Part shown: positions 19,537-28,741 of the stretch, piece by piece
How the letters are laid out: the number at the start of each line of letters is the position of its first letter
Numbering within the stretch: the stretch's first letter is position 1
Assembly (NCBI GenBank): GCA_964525675.1
Contig: CAZGJW010000001.1
Location: 40,467 to 104,466, forward strand
Reading direction: 5' to 3'
Length of the DNA: 64,000 bases
Source of the DNA: an uncultured Spirochaetota bacterium
GTDB lineage: Bacteria; Spirochaetota; B62-G9; DRHN01
Made by a program: the position numbers and the translations under genes
Notes under the pieces: model-generated
The model's input: the letters and a program-made list of their open reading frames with translations, nothing else
Told to the model about the DNA's origin: nothing
Database searches by the model: none

Positions 19537-20642
19537 CTCCTCCCCGTGAGAATCACAACGTATCTGCCGGGCTCGAGGCTCCGCTCCCGATACCCATTCG
19601 CGAGAACGGCCAGTCCCGCGGTGGAGGCAGGAAGTACACTGAGCCCCTCCTGTTCGCGGACCATTCGCGAAAAGGACATCATACTTCTATCTGAGACATA
19701 CCCGGCAAGCCCACCGGTTCTCCGAATGGCTTCCAGTGCAAGGTCACCGTCGATGGAGTGCCAGTTGATGAGCGGTTCGTTGATCTTTGTTTCCCGTATG
19801 TCCTCAGCAGAAAGATCCTCACAGGATGGCAGGTTTTTCAGATACGCCTGAACGATCGGATTTTTCCGGTACGAGGAACCGGCAATAAGTTTTGGAACAT
19901 GGGATGTTTTTCCACGTCTGTACAGGCTGACAAAACCTTTGTACATGCCTGCAAGGGTTGTCCCGTTAGACACCGGAACCGCAACGGCAGTCGGGGCGTC
20001 ACGGAGCTCATCGTATATCTCATAGGCGATCTCGCCGTACGCACTGAGCTGTAGAGCGGTATTTTCACCCCCGGGATTGGCGTCGTAGATCTCTTTTTCC
20101 GCTGCGTACTCCTGTGAGAGCTGTACCGTCTGTTCATAGTCAATCGGGGTTCGAATGATCTCGGCGCCGAATTTCCTGATCTCATCGATACGTTTGGTCT
20201 GATAGTTTTCAGGTATGAATATGAAACACTTGAGCCCTGCCATGTAAGATGCAAGTGCGATAGCCACACCGTAATTGCCGCAGGTAGCAACGGTCACTGC
20301 GTCGTATCCGCGCCTGAGTGCATCCATGCCCTGGGCAAAGGCAATACGGTCCTTCTGTGTGCCTGTCGGGTTACTCCCCTCGAACTTCATATAGATCTGT
20401 CGAAGGCCTATCTCCCGTTCACTGTTCCGGGCACGGGTCATGGTTGTGTCGCCGACCTGCGACTCAAATATATCCTCGTATGCCTCCAGGCGTTCTTCGA
20501 TGGTGAACTCAGGAGAAGATGCAATCTGGATCTGCCTTTCCGTATCGATGAGGATGTCAGGCGAGTCGGGCGTGGCACCATCGATGAGAGTGAAATTTCT
20601 GTTCGATGAAGGTGCGCTGTTCTGGTCTTCATATTCATTCAT
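19533..20642 (-). CDS. fold-type II PLP-dependent enzyme (threonine synthase / cysteine synthase-like)
   Basis: KFEGSNPTGTQKDRIA matches the PLP-lysine motif (xxSFKDR / GSVKDR) of the tryptophan-synthase-beta superfamily. 369 aa. Confidence 0.7.
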   Translation of the reverse strand: MNEYEDQNSAPSSNRNFTLIDGATPDSPDILIDTERQIQIASSPEFTIEERLEAYEDIFESQVGDTTMTRARNSEREIGLRQIYMKFEGSNPTGTQKDRIAFAQGMDALRRGYDAVTVATCGNYGVAIALASYMAGLKCFIFIPENYQTKRIDEIRKFGAEIIRTPIDYEQTVQLSQEYAAEKEIYDANPGGENTALQLSAYGEIAYEIYDELRDAPTAVAVPVSNGTTLAGMYKGFVSLYRRGKTSHVPKLIAGSSYRKNPIVQAYLKNLPSCEDLSAEDIRETKINEPLINWHSIDGDLALEAIRRTGGLAGYVSDRSMMSFSRMVREQEGLSVLPASTAGLAVLANGYRERSLEPGRYVVILTGRR

Positions 20643-20931
20643 ACTCGGCGGCTCCTCGTTGCATATATTAAAAAATCAAACACTACGTATCATTTTATGG
20701 GGCTTTTATTTTTCCATTTCTCCGAAAAATGGGCACCTGGAAAAAATATATATGATTTTTCACTGCGAGGCGATTGTGAAATGATCAGCCCCTTTCTTGA
20801 ACAGGCAACTCTCAAACTGTGTACGCATTATTCTGAATATCCTATTTTGTTAATCTTCGAGAATGCTTTATAATAGCGCACCAATTGAAAGTACAGATAG
20901 AATCATGCACCATCATCCAGGATTCATAAGT

Positions 20932-21900
20932 TTATTCATGAACTGGTGAAAACCAGACAGCCCTATGATGCAGCCGCACGCTTCCCCGCACCCACTGCCA
21001 TGCCTTCTCAGCTAAACGGCGCGTCAGAAGCAGAATAAGGTCGTCAGGTACACCTGCTGCCCGAAAGGATTGCGACGAGACGTCACACTGGTCGTTCATA
21101 TAATCAATCACTACGAATTTATTACTACGTTTGCTCATGGCTATTTCACATGAAAACCATTCGATACGGACAATATCGGCGATATCAGACGCAATTCCGA
21201 CCATCGACATCAGCCTGTGCTGCTCGAATTCTCGGATCATCGCATGCCGGTACACACCGCTTTGCGGATTCCACCAGCAGGGAAACAGCTCCCCGAACAG
21301 GTAAAAGATCCTGAACCATGCAACCACCCCCTCCAATACCTCCGGCTCCACAAACTCCTGCAGGAGGAAATGGTCGCCCGGATTGAAATTCCGCGCTTCG
21401 GCAATCTCCCGCAGAGTCAACCGATCCCGCACGATCTTCACTCCACGCTGCCCGTATCCTGTAGCCGGCTTGATGACAATTGGAAGTCCCAGTTTCTCTT
21501 TCTCTTCAAAGGTAAGCCTTCGCGAAGGCTCCCAGTTCCGTATCACCACGGTATTGGGTACTGGAATGCCGGCATTGATCAGGTTAAAATGTGTGATTGC
21601 TTTGTCCGCTGAAAACCGAACCTGATCTACATCGGCGACAATTCGGGTTCCATGGTCTTTGAGAAGGTAGGCAAATTTCGTGAATGGATGCTCCAGGTTT
21701 TCCGTGTCGGAAGCAAGGTCCAGGTAGAAACGGATTTTAAGCCTGCTTTCCAGGACATGAGACGCGACGTGCTCAAGCTTCGATTCATTTACTTTGAGAA
21801 AGCGAAGCCCTCGTGCTTCACACTCCCTGCGCAGAGCATCGATGAAGAGAACATCACCATTTTCATCAATCCACCCTATGCCGAAGTCGTATACGTCCAT
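20932..21900 (-). CDS. ATP-grasp family ligase (RimK-like fold)
   Basis: LPIVIKPATGYGQRGVKIV resembles the ATP-grasp phosphate-binding loop. 322 aa. Confidence 0.6.
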   Translation of the reverse strand: MDVYDFGIGWIDENGDVLFIDALRRECEARGLRFLKVNESKLEHVASHVLESRLKIRFYLDLASDTENLEHPFTKFAYLLKDHGTRIVADVDQVRFSADKAITHFNLINAGIPVPNTVVIRNWEPSRRLTFEEKEKLGLPIVIKPATGYGQRGVKIVRDRLTLREIAEARNFNPGDHFLLQEFVEPEVLEGVVAWFRIFYLFGELFPCWWNPQSGVYRHAMIREFEQHRLMSMVGIASDIADIVRIEWFSCEIAMSKRSNKFVVIDYMNDQCDVSSQSFRAAGVPDDLILLLTRRLAEKAWQWVRGSVRLHHRAVWFSPVHE

Positions 21901-21964
21901 AAAACCCTATTGTTACGGTTAAGATTCCCATTGGGATCATCAACAGCATATCATTGCAGCACTT

Positions 21965-22900
21965 TCATTGTACCCTCTTAAAAATAAAACTCAAGAGCTT
22001 GTACACGAGTTTCGCGGCAAGAAAATCGGGTGCTTTGTTTCGTGACGGGCAGAGCTCTACTACATCGAATCCCACCACCCGCCTGCTTTCAGTCACATTT
22101 CTCAACAGTCTGATCACCTCGTACCAGCCAAGGCCCCCCGGCTCGGGCGTTCCGGTGGAGGGCATGATTCCCGAATCAAAGACATCGAGATCGATAGTGA
22201 TATAGACGGGATCGATAAGCAGAGAGGAAACCTGTTCGAGGTATCGGTCGGAGACAGAACAATCGTGCGCAAAGAAAACACGCTCTTTCTTGAGACGAGA
22301 ATCCCCGGTCGTACCACGGGCACCCGCTTCGCTTGTACCACGGGCACCCGCTTCGCTTGTACCACGGGCACTCCCTTCGGTCGTATCCATGCTTCGTATA
22401 CCCACACTAACAACGGTATCGATGATTTCGCCGACTCTGGACATAACACAGGCATGATTGTAGCGGCTTCCCTGATACAAATCACGACGGTCGGAATGGG
22501 CATCTAGGTGCAGAACACTCAACGATCTGAAGTGCTCTGCATGGGCTGCAATGGTCCCAATAGATACCGAGTGCTCTCCTCCAAGTACCACCGTGAATTT
22601 ACCGTCGGCGAGATACCGAGCAACACGAGCCCTTACCTTTTCAACCATGGTTTCGACTTTCCACGCTCTAATCGGACGGGCCGTACACAGACCCTGCATG
22701 TACACCTGGGAATCGGTCTCAATATCGTAGAGCTCAAGGTTGCGAGATGCTTCCAATATGGCACGAGGTCCATGCCTGGAACCCTTCATCCAGGTACTCG
22801 TGCGGTCAAATGGTACGGACAACAGCACAACTCTTGAAGTATCGTATGTCGAGTACCTGAGTTCGAGACCGTAGAAGTTGCGAGGTGTCTTATCTTTCAT
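21965..22900 (-). CDS. speB: agmatinase / ureohydrolase (arginase family) carrying an in-frame low-complexity insertion
   Basis: GGEHSVS, DAHSDRRD and ITIDLDVFD Mn-binding motifs. The context is pdaD and a deoxyhypusine-synthase-like gene. The insertion EGSARGTSEAGARGTSEAGARGTTGDSR is encoded by a 24-bp tandem repeat. Confidence 0.8.
   Translation of the reverse strand: MKDKTPRNFYGLELRYSTYDTSRVVLLSVPFDRTSTWMKGSRHGPRAILEASRNLELYDIETDSQVYMQGLCTARPIRAWKVETMVEKVRARVARYLADGKFTVVLGGEHSVSIGTIAAHAEHFRSLSVLHLDAHSDRRDLYQGSRYNHACVMSRVGEIIDTVVSVGIRSMDTTEGSARGTSEAGARGTSEAGARGTTGDSRLKKERVFFAHDCSVSDRYLEQVSSLLIDPVYITIDLDVFDSGIMPSTGTPEPGGLGWYEVIRLLRNVTESRRVVGFDVVELCPSRNKAPDFLAAKLVYKLLSFIFKRVQ
22309..22380. 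repeat. 24-bp tandem repeat x3 (gtaccacgggcacccgcttcgctt, third unit diverged), in frame inside the agmatinase CDS
   Basis: Direct reading of the sequence: two perfect units and one imperfect unit. Confidence 0.85.
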
Positions 22901-22901
22901 A

Positions 22902-23456
22902 TTACTCCATGATAAATACCGCAGCAGCCATCACAGTGGTCCAGAGCCCGTCCTTATTTCCCTCAGCCGATTGACAGATATTTCTTGTCTTGAAAATATG
23001 GCCGCTTGCCCGGTACACATTCTTTCGCTCATCCCAGGCCTGGTCCGGGTCGAAAGGTATCCCGAGGGTAGTTGCCAGCATAGTTGCAGCCAGGTCTTCC
23101 GCGTAATTGCCCGAAATACGGGCGGTTTCGCCGAAGCTGTGGTGCTCGGCTATGTACCCGTAGTGCTCCCTCTCCTTGGGAACAGCTATACCGATAGCCG
23201 CAGAAACGAGACGATTTGGCTCTCTCGTCCCGTTTCTTGCCAAGACGCAATAGGTGAGCTGGCCGGCCTTTAACATCGCCAGCCCTTCTTCCTTGGTGAT
23301 TATTGCACACATTGGAGGCAAAATGCTCGAAACATAGACCAGGTTACACTTTTCGATGCACGCCTGTCTCAACGCCACTTCGAAAGAAGAGAGCTTGTCG
23401 CGGTGCATACCGACACCCTTGGTAAGGAAGAGTTTTTTCGGAATGAGCCCCATCAT
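22902..23456 (-). CDS. pdaD: pyruvoyl-dependent arginine decarboxylase
   Basis: N-terminal IPKKLFLTKGVGMHRDKLSSFEVALRQA...VYVSSILPP is a near-consensus PdaD start, including the self-cleavage serine region. 184 aa. Confidence 0.85.
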   Translation of the reverse strand: MMGLIPKKLFLTKGVGMHRDKLSSFEVALRQACIEKCNLVYVSSILPPMCAIITKEEGLAMLKAGQLTYCVLARNGTREPNRLVSAAIGIAVPKEREHYGYIAEHHSFGETARISGNYAEDLAATMLATTLGIPFDPDQAWDERKNVYRASGHIFKTRNICQSAEGNKDGLWTTVMAAAVFIME

Positions 23457-24484
23457 TTCTTCTCTCCGTCAAGAAATGCATTGAACTCCTTCTGGTTCCG
23501 ATTTCTCCACGAGCCATTGTGGTATGCAAAACTCGCAATGAGTGGCACCGCAATGGTGGCCTCGGAAAAAACGATCTGCTCAGCACCTTCGTCCACCTTA
23601 CCCCAGGAGTGCGCTTCCTTCAGGGTCGAACCGGACAACCCCCCGTCCCGTTCATCGGCAACGGTGATCTGCACGGCATATTTGTGCATGGATACCTCTT
23701 CACCAAGGATGTCCGCCGCAACCGTGACATCCTGGGCAAAGTTCTTGGGTACCCCGCCCCCGATCATGAACAGTCCCGTGGCCTTTGAAGCGACCTTTAT
23801 ACTTGTCAGCTCTAGGAAATCCTTCACCGAGTCTATCGTCACATGGGCCTTCTTTTTCCGCTCCCACTGATGATAGACCAGCCCGAATCCTGCGCTGGAA
23901 TCGGAGAAGGCGGGTACGAAGATGGGTACTCCCATCTGATGGGTAGCCCACATGACCGACCCCTTGCCTATTTTCTTTTTCACCAGGTATTTTGCCATAA
24001 TCCGGATGAACTCCCGCGAAGAGTACGGCCGTGCCGGGAGCCCGTCAGCGATCTCCTTTACGGTCATATCGCAGACGCGAAGCTCCTCCTCATCGATGTA
24101 GGTATCGTATATTCGGTCGATCTGTTGGCTCATAAGCCTGTCGTCGTCCGCCAACGGTGTGCCCTGATAGTGTTTGAAGCCCAGGGCCTCGAAGAAATCC
24201 TGATCCACTATGATTGCACCGGTAGAGACAATCACATCCACCATGTTGAACGAGACCAGGTCGACCACGATCTTTTTCAGTCCGGCGCTGAAGAGCGATC
24301 CCGCAAGGCAGAGGATAATGGTACAGTCATCGTCGGCGAGCATTGCGTCATATATACGTGCCGCCCGCGCCAGGTTTCTCGCCTGAAACGCCGTCTTCTC
24401 GAACTGCTCGATGATGGGGACTGCATTGAAGGTTTTTATATTTATGTGCTGCACTTCGTGCTTTAAATATTCCTTTTTGTCCAT
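23453..24484 (-). CDS. deoxyhypusine synthase-like protein (homospermidine-synthase-type polyamine aminobutyl transferase)
   Basis: DHS-family length and motifs. I moved the start to the ATG at 24484 (MDKKEYLKHE), which has AAGGAGGTG 7 nt upstream. The 38 codons before it in the ORF are Cys/Arg-rich and look non-coding. Confidence 0.8.
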   Translation of the reverse strand: MDKKEYLKHEVQHINIKTFNAVPIIEQFEKTAFQARNLARAARIYDAMLADDDCTIILCLAGSLFSAGLKKIVVDLVSFNMVDVIVSTGAIIVDQDFFEALGFKHYQGTPLADDDRLMSQQIDRIYDTYIDEEELRVCDMTVKEIADGLPARPYSSREFIRIMAKYLVKKKIGKGSVMWATHQMGVPIFVPAFSDSSAGFGLVYHQWERKKKAHVTIDSVKDFLELTSIKVASKATGLFMIGGGVPKNFAQDVTVAADILGEEVSMHKYAVQITVADERDGGLSGSTLKEAHSWGKVDEGAEQIVFSEATIAVPLIASFAYHNGSWRNRNQKEFNAFLDGEKK

Positions 24485-24918
24485 TTTTCTACACCTCCTT
24501 CTATTTATGCATGTTAAATATACCATGCATTCAGGTACAAATCCATACGTGTATCTATCGGGACACCCTCCCTTCGCACAGCATTTACAAAAACCCACTA
24601 TATTATGCTCACCGTGGAGGGATGGTCAATAAAATTCAAGTACAATATGAGGCATTAATCAAGAAAATTGCGGATATCACAACGGTTTCCACTTGTAATT
24701 ATAAGGATTATAATTATAATCAGTATAGGGGGTGGCAGATCATTCATAATACTTTTCTACCTGTTGGAGTTGGTACCAATAAGTAATACAGGGAAACTTG
24801 TTGACTTCATCGTCTGAACATGTTTATCATAACGCTGTGTTTCCACCAAATAGATATTCACTTCCATGGGCTCTGCATAACTTTATTATCGAGAGAGTAC
24901 GCTACAAGGAATCCCTCA

Positions 24919-27453
24919 ATGAGCAAAACAACATCTAAGCAACAAACCAGACCATCACTATCCATGGCGGCATTCAAGGGAACAGACCCGGCATGTCTTG
25001 AGGATTCTTTCAGGTATCACCTCGAGTACTCCCTGGGTAAGGACGAGTACAGCGCTACGCAACGCGACATCTTCAAGAGCCTTGCCATGACAGTGCGGGA
25101 CCTCCTGTTCGAGCGCTGGACCGAAACTCAGCAGACCTACTATCATAAGGCGGCCAAGAGGGTATACTACCTGTCCCTGGAGTTTTTGATCGGCAGGATG
25201 CTCAGCGACGCACTCATAAACCTGGGGATATACGAAAACATGCGAAAAGCCATGACCGTACTCGGCTGTGATATCGAGTCTCTTAAGGAAATCGAGTTTG
25301 ATGCAGGCCTCGGAAACGGCGGCCTGGGACGTCTTGCCGCCTGTTTCATGGACTCAATGGCCACACTCGGCATTCCCGCATACGGGTACGGTATCCGTTA
25401 CGAGTATGGTATCTTCTTCCAGAGAATACAAAACGGGTATCAAGTGGAGACGCCCGACAACTGGCTGAGGTACGGAAATCCCTGGGAGATCGAGCGTCCC
25501 GAGCACCTCTATCCCGTGAAGTTCTATGGGAGGGTGCACCAGTCCACCGATGACCATGGAAACTTTCACTGTGGCTGGGTGGACACTCAGGATGTCCTGG
25601 CCATGGCCTACGATACGCCCGTGCCCGGATACCGGAACAACACGGTGAACAACCTCCGGCTCTGGTCCGCCAAATCAACCCGGGAGTTTAATCTCGATTA
25701 CTTCAACCACGGAGATTACGAACGGGCTGTCGCCGACAAAGCCCATTCGGAAACCATCTCCATGGTCCTGTACCCCAACGACAACATGTTCGAGGGGAGG
25801 GAGCTCAGGCTGAAGCAGGAGTACTTCTTTGTGTCTGCGACCCTGCAGGACATTATAAGGCGTTTCATGAAGACCAATCCAAAAGGGTTCCAGCGATTTC
25901 CCGAAGAGGTCGCCATACAGCTCAACGACACGCACCCGGCCATTGCGATACCTGAGCTCATACGGTTACTCGTGGACGAGGAGCGGGTAGGCTGGGACGA
26001 GGCCTGGGATATAACAGTCAGGAGCTTTGGATACACAAATCACACGATTATGGGAGAAGCGCTGGAGAAATGGCCTGTGAGTCTCATGGGGCGCGTTCTT
26101 CCCCGGCACCTGCAGATCATCTACGAGATCAATCGGCGTTTCCTCGATCATGTACTGTCGTTGCACATCTCCGACAACGACCTCAAGATTCAAAACCTCT
26201 CCCTTATTGAGGAGGGGGCCGAAAAGAGGGTGCGAATGGCCAGCCTCGCGATCATGGGCAGCCATTCTGTGAACGGTGTGTCAGAGATCCATACCGGGCT
26301 GCTCAAAAGTGAGCTTTTCAGGGAATTTTATGAAATCTGGCCTGAACGGTTCAAAAATATTACCAACGGAATCACGCAGCGCCGATGGCTGAAGGCCTGC
26401 AACCCGGAGCTTTCGAAATTAATCACCAGTCACATTGGTGAGGGGTGGATCACTGATCTGTCCCAGCTGGAAAAGCTGGTTCCCCTCGCCGATGATGATG
26501 GGTTTCAGAAATCGTGGCTGGAGGTCAAACTGAAAAACAAGAAGAGGCTGGCAGAGTTTATCCGGAACCATGTAACGGTCAATCCATCTGCACTCTTCGA
26601 CTGCCAGGTGAAGAGATTCCACGAGTACAAGCGTCAGCTTCTCAATGCCCTGCACGTCGTATACCTCTACAACCGTATAAGGACGGGCAGTAACCCGATG
26701 TCCGTGCCCCGAATGTTTATTTTTGCCGGCAAGGCGGCTCCCGGGTACTGGACGGCCAAGCTCATCATCAAACTGATCAATTCTATCGCCGACAAGGTGA
26801 ATCATGACAAGGATGTAAATGACAGGATGAAGGTCGTGTTCCTCGCCAATTACGATGTCTCACTGGCAGAGCGGATCATCCCGGCCGCAGATCTCTCCGA
26901 GCAGATTTCAACGGCAGGAACCGAAGCTTCGGGGACCAGCAATATGAAGTTTGCCCTGAACGGGGCCTTGACCATCGGGACAATGGATGGTGCCAACGTC
27001 GAAATACTGCAGGAGGTCGGCAAGGAGAACTTTTTCACCTTCGGATTGACCACCGAGCAGATAGGATCCTTACGAATATCAGGGTACAGTCCCCGGGAGT
27101 ACTACGAGGGCAATCCGCATCTGAAAGGGGTGATCGATCTCATATCGGACGGATATTTTTCACCCGACGAACCGTCGCTCTTCAAACCCCTTGTTGACTC
27201 GCTGCTGAACGGGGGCGATCCCTATCTTCTACTGGCGGATTTTGCAGACTACCTTCGATGCCAGGAAGAGGTGATGAAAACCTACAGGGACAGGAAAAAA
27301 TGGGCACGGATGTCCATTTTGAACGTGGCACACATGGGCACGTTTTCAAGCGACCGCACGATTCAAGAGTATGCACGGGAGATCTGGGATGTCAAACCGG
27401 TTCTTGTCGAAGCTCCCCCCAAGCGTCTGTGTGATGACGGATCTGTCACCTGA
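24919..27453 (+). CDS. glgP: glycogen/maltodextrin phosphorylase
   Basis: EASGTSNMKFALNG, the pyridoxal-phosphate lysine motif of GT35 phosphorylases. Full-length architecture of about 845 aa. I moved the start to the ATG at 24919 (MSKTTSKQQ). Confidence 0.9.
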   Translation: MSKTTSKQQTRPSLSMAAFKGTDPACLEDSFRYHLEYSLGKDEYSATQRDIFKSLAMTVRDLLFERWTETQQTYYHKAAKRVYYLSLEFLIGRMLSDALINLGIYENMRKAMTVLGCDIESLKEIEFDAGLGNGGLGRLAACFMDSMATLGIPAYGYGIRYEYGIFFQRIQNGYQVETPDNWLRYGNPWEIERPEHLYPVKFYGRVHQSTDDHGNFHCGWVDTQDVLAMAYDTPVPGYRNNTVNNLRLWSAKSTREFNLDYFNHGDYERAVADKAHSETISMVLYPNDNMFEGRELRLKQEYFFVSATLQDIIRRFMKTNPKGFQRFPEEVAIQLNDTHPAIAIPELIRLLVDEERVGWDEAWDITVRSFGYTNHTIMGEALEKWPVSLMGRVLPRHLQIIYEINRRFLDHVLSLHISDNDLKIQNLSLIEEGAEKRVRMASLAIMGSHSVNGVSEIHTGLLKSELFREFYEIWPERFKNITNGITQRRWLKACNPELSKLITSHIGEGWITDLSQLEKLVPLADDDGFQKSWLEVKLKNKKRLAEFIRNHVTVNPSALFDCQVKRFHEYKRQLLNALHVVYLYNRIRTGSNPMSVPRMFIFAGKAAPGYWTAKLIIKLINSIADKVNHDKDVNDRMKVVFLANYDVSLAERIIPAADLSEQISTAGTEASGTSNMKFALNGALTIGTMDGANVEILQEVGKENFFTFGLTTEQIGSLRISGYSPREYYEGNPHLKGVIDLISDGYFSPDEPSLFKPLVDSLLNGGDPYLLLADFADYLRCQEEVMKTYRDRKKWARMSILNVAHMGTFSSDRTIQEYAREIWDVKPVLVEAPPKRLCDDGSVT

Positions 27454-27697
27454 GCAGCCCGATCATTTTTTTCTGGTCCCGAACATTCTCTACCTTTTTG
27501 GCGATCTCCGGGTCAAGGCAGTTCAGAAGCCAGGTGTACACGTCATTCTTCTTATCGTTTACATAGGTTGCAAACTCTTGTGGCGTGAGCTTTTTCAGTT
27601 GCGCTACGAGTTGGGCCTTGGTTTCGACGTAGGTTCCGTTATGAAAGTAGAACGCTTCGCCCGGTTTTACCTTTTTTCTTTTTTCCATGGCAAGCAC
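27446..27697 (-). CDS. hypothetical small protein (83 aa)
   Basis: Complete ORF convergent with glgP, overlapping its end by 8 nt. I see no recognisable motif. Confidence 0.3.
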   Translation of the reverse strand: MLAMEKRKKVKPGEAFYFHNGTYVETKAQLVAQLKKLTPQEFATYVNDKKNDVYTWLLNCLDPEIAKKVENVRDQKKMIGLLR

Positions 27698-27759
27698 CCC
27701 CTGTGAGATGGTCCACCTCTATACCAGTATTGTAGCATACGATCTGTAAAAAGCAAGAG

Positions 27760-28428
27760 TTAAACAGGGCAAATGTTGATTTTCACACCGTCAAAAAATG
27801 CTTCACACGCAGATATAGTACTACGATCGATCTTTTTCACCACAGGTATGTACGGGTCTTTGTCGATTCTGTCGTTCACAATCGGTTGCTCATTTTGAGT
27901 TGACTGCTTTTTTAAAAAAAAAGCTTTTTTAATTCTAATATTGTAAAAACTTGTTGAGCACCCTCCATCCCAGAGTCTGTACTGCACTTACCACATCACC
28001 TGTATTCGTTACCCTTTCAATGAGCTTTCCAAGGATGTTGAAACCGAGATTGCTGTATAAAAATATCCACGTGAACCGGAAAAGACCCGGCAATATTTCT
28101 TGAGGCTTCTGATATCGGTGTGTGAAAAAGGGCGATTGGATACAAGAATCCGGCAGGTATATCCTAGAGGAGCAAATATATTTTGAACGCTTTTACCAAG
28201 GGCAGTAATGATCTCTATTGAATATGCCGTCTTGACGATTCGAGAGAGGAGAGCAATTTGAAAACCGCTTCCAGTACCGATTTCAAGGACGACATCTGTC
28301 GGTTTGGGTTTTACTATCTGGGTCATATACGCCTGCCCGAGATAATCACTCAGAGCAGATCCGTATCCGATACCCCCAAAAGTCAAAAAGAAGAAAGTAA
28401 TGATGTCATTTCGAGGTCTTTCGGGCAA
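27760..28428 (-). pseudogene. decayed SAM-dependent methyltransferase (protein-L-isoaspartate O-methyltransferase-like) remnant
   Basis: VLEIGTGSGFQIALL is a SAM motif I, and it is preceded by a pcm-like YMTQ region. The reading frame breaks after about 110 aa and the continuation is found only as fragments in another ORF (27760-27987). Confidence 0.3.
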
Positions 28429-28506
28429 TACGTTTATATTCGAACCAGGACAAAATGATGATTATAACATCAAGTAAGGGTAACAATAATAAAAAGAAAG
28501 AACGGG

Positions 28507-28541
28507 TTTGACTAAATCTGAAAATTTGATAGACTATAAAC
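28507..28541 (+). promoter_or_regulatory. possible sigma70-type promoter for xfp (TTGACT - 17 nt - TAGACT)
   Basis: Sequence reading only. It lies about 200 nt upstream of the xfp ATG, whose RBS is AGGGAGG. Confidence 0.2.
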
Positions 28542-28741
28542 GACACCAGAGTAGAATCTGCAATAGGGTACGCCCATAATTTTCCACTAAGAGCCATTTA
28601 TGTACGAGCCTTTGTCGATATTGAATTGAAAATACGTTCAAACAGACGATGCTTGCGGCCATGAAGTTGTTGAGTGAAGAGAACAAGAAATGGATGATTA
28701 CAGAGACATTTCAGATCGAGTAAAGGATAGGGAGGCATACA

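Noticed and set aside
22309-22380. Tandem repeat considered as a possible CRISPR array
   Set aside because: There are only three 24-bp units with no spacers, and they are in frame inside a conserved CDS.
24484-24598. N-terminal 38-codon extension of the DHS-like ORF (MGFCKCCAKGGCPDRY...)
   Set aside because: It is Cys/Arg-rich, matches nothing, and a strong SD plus ATG at 24484 gives a DHS-length protein.
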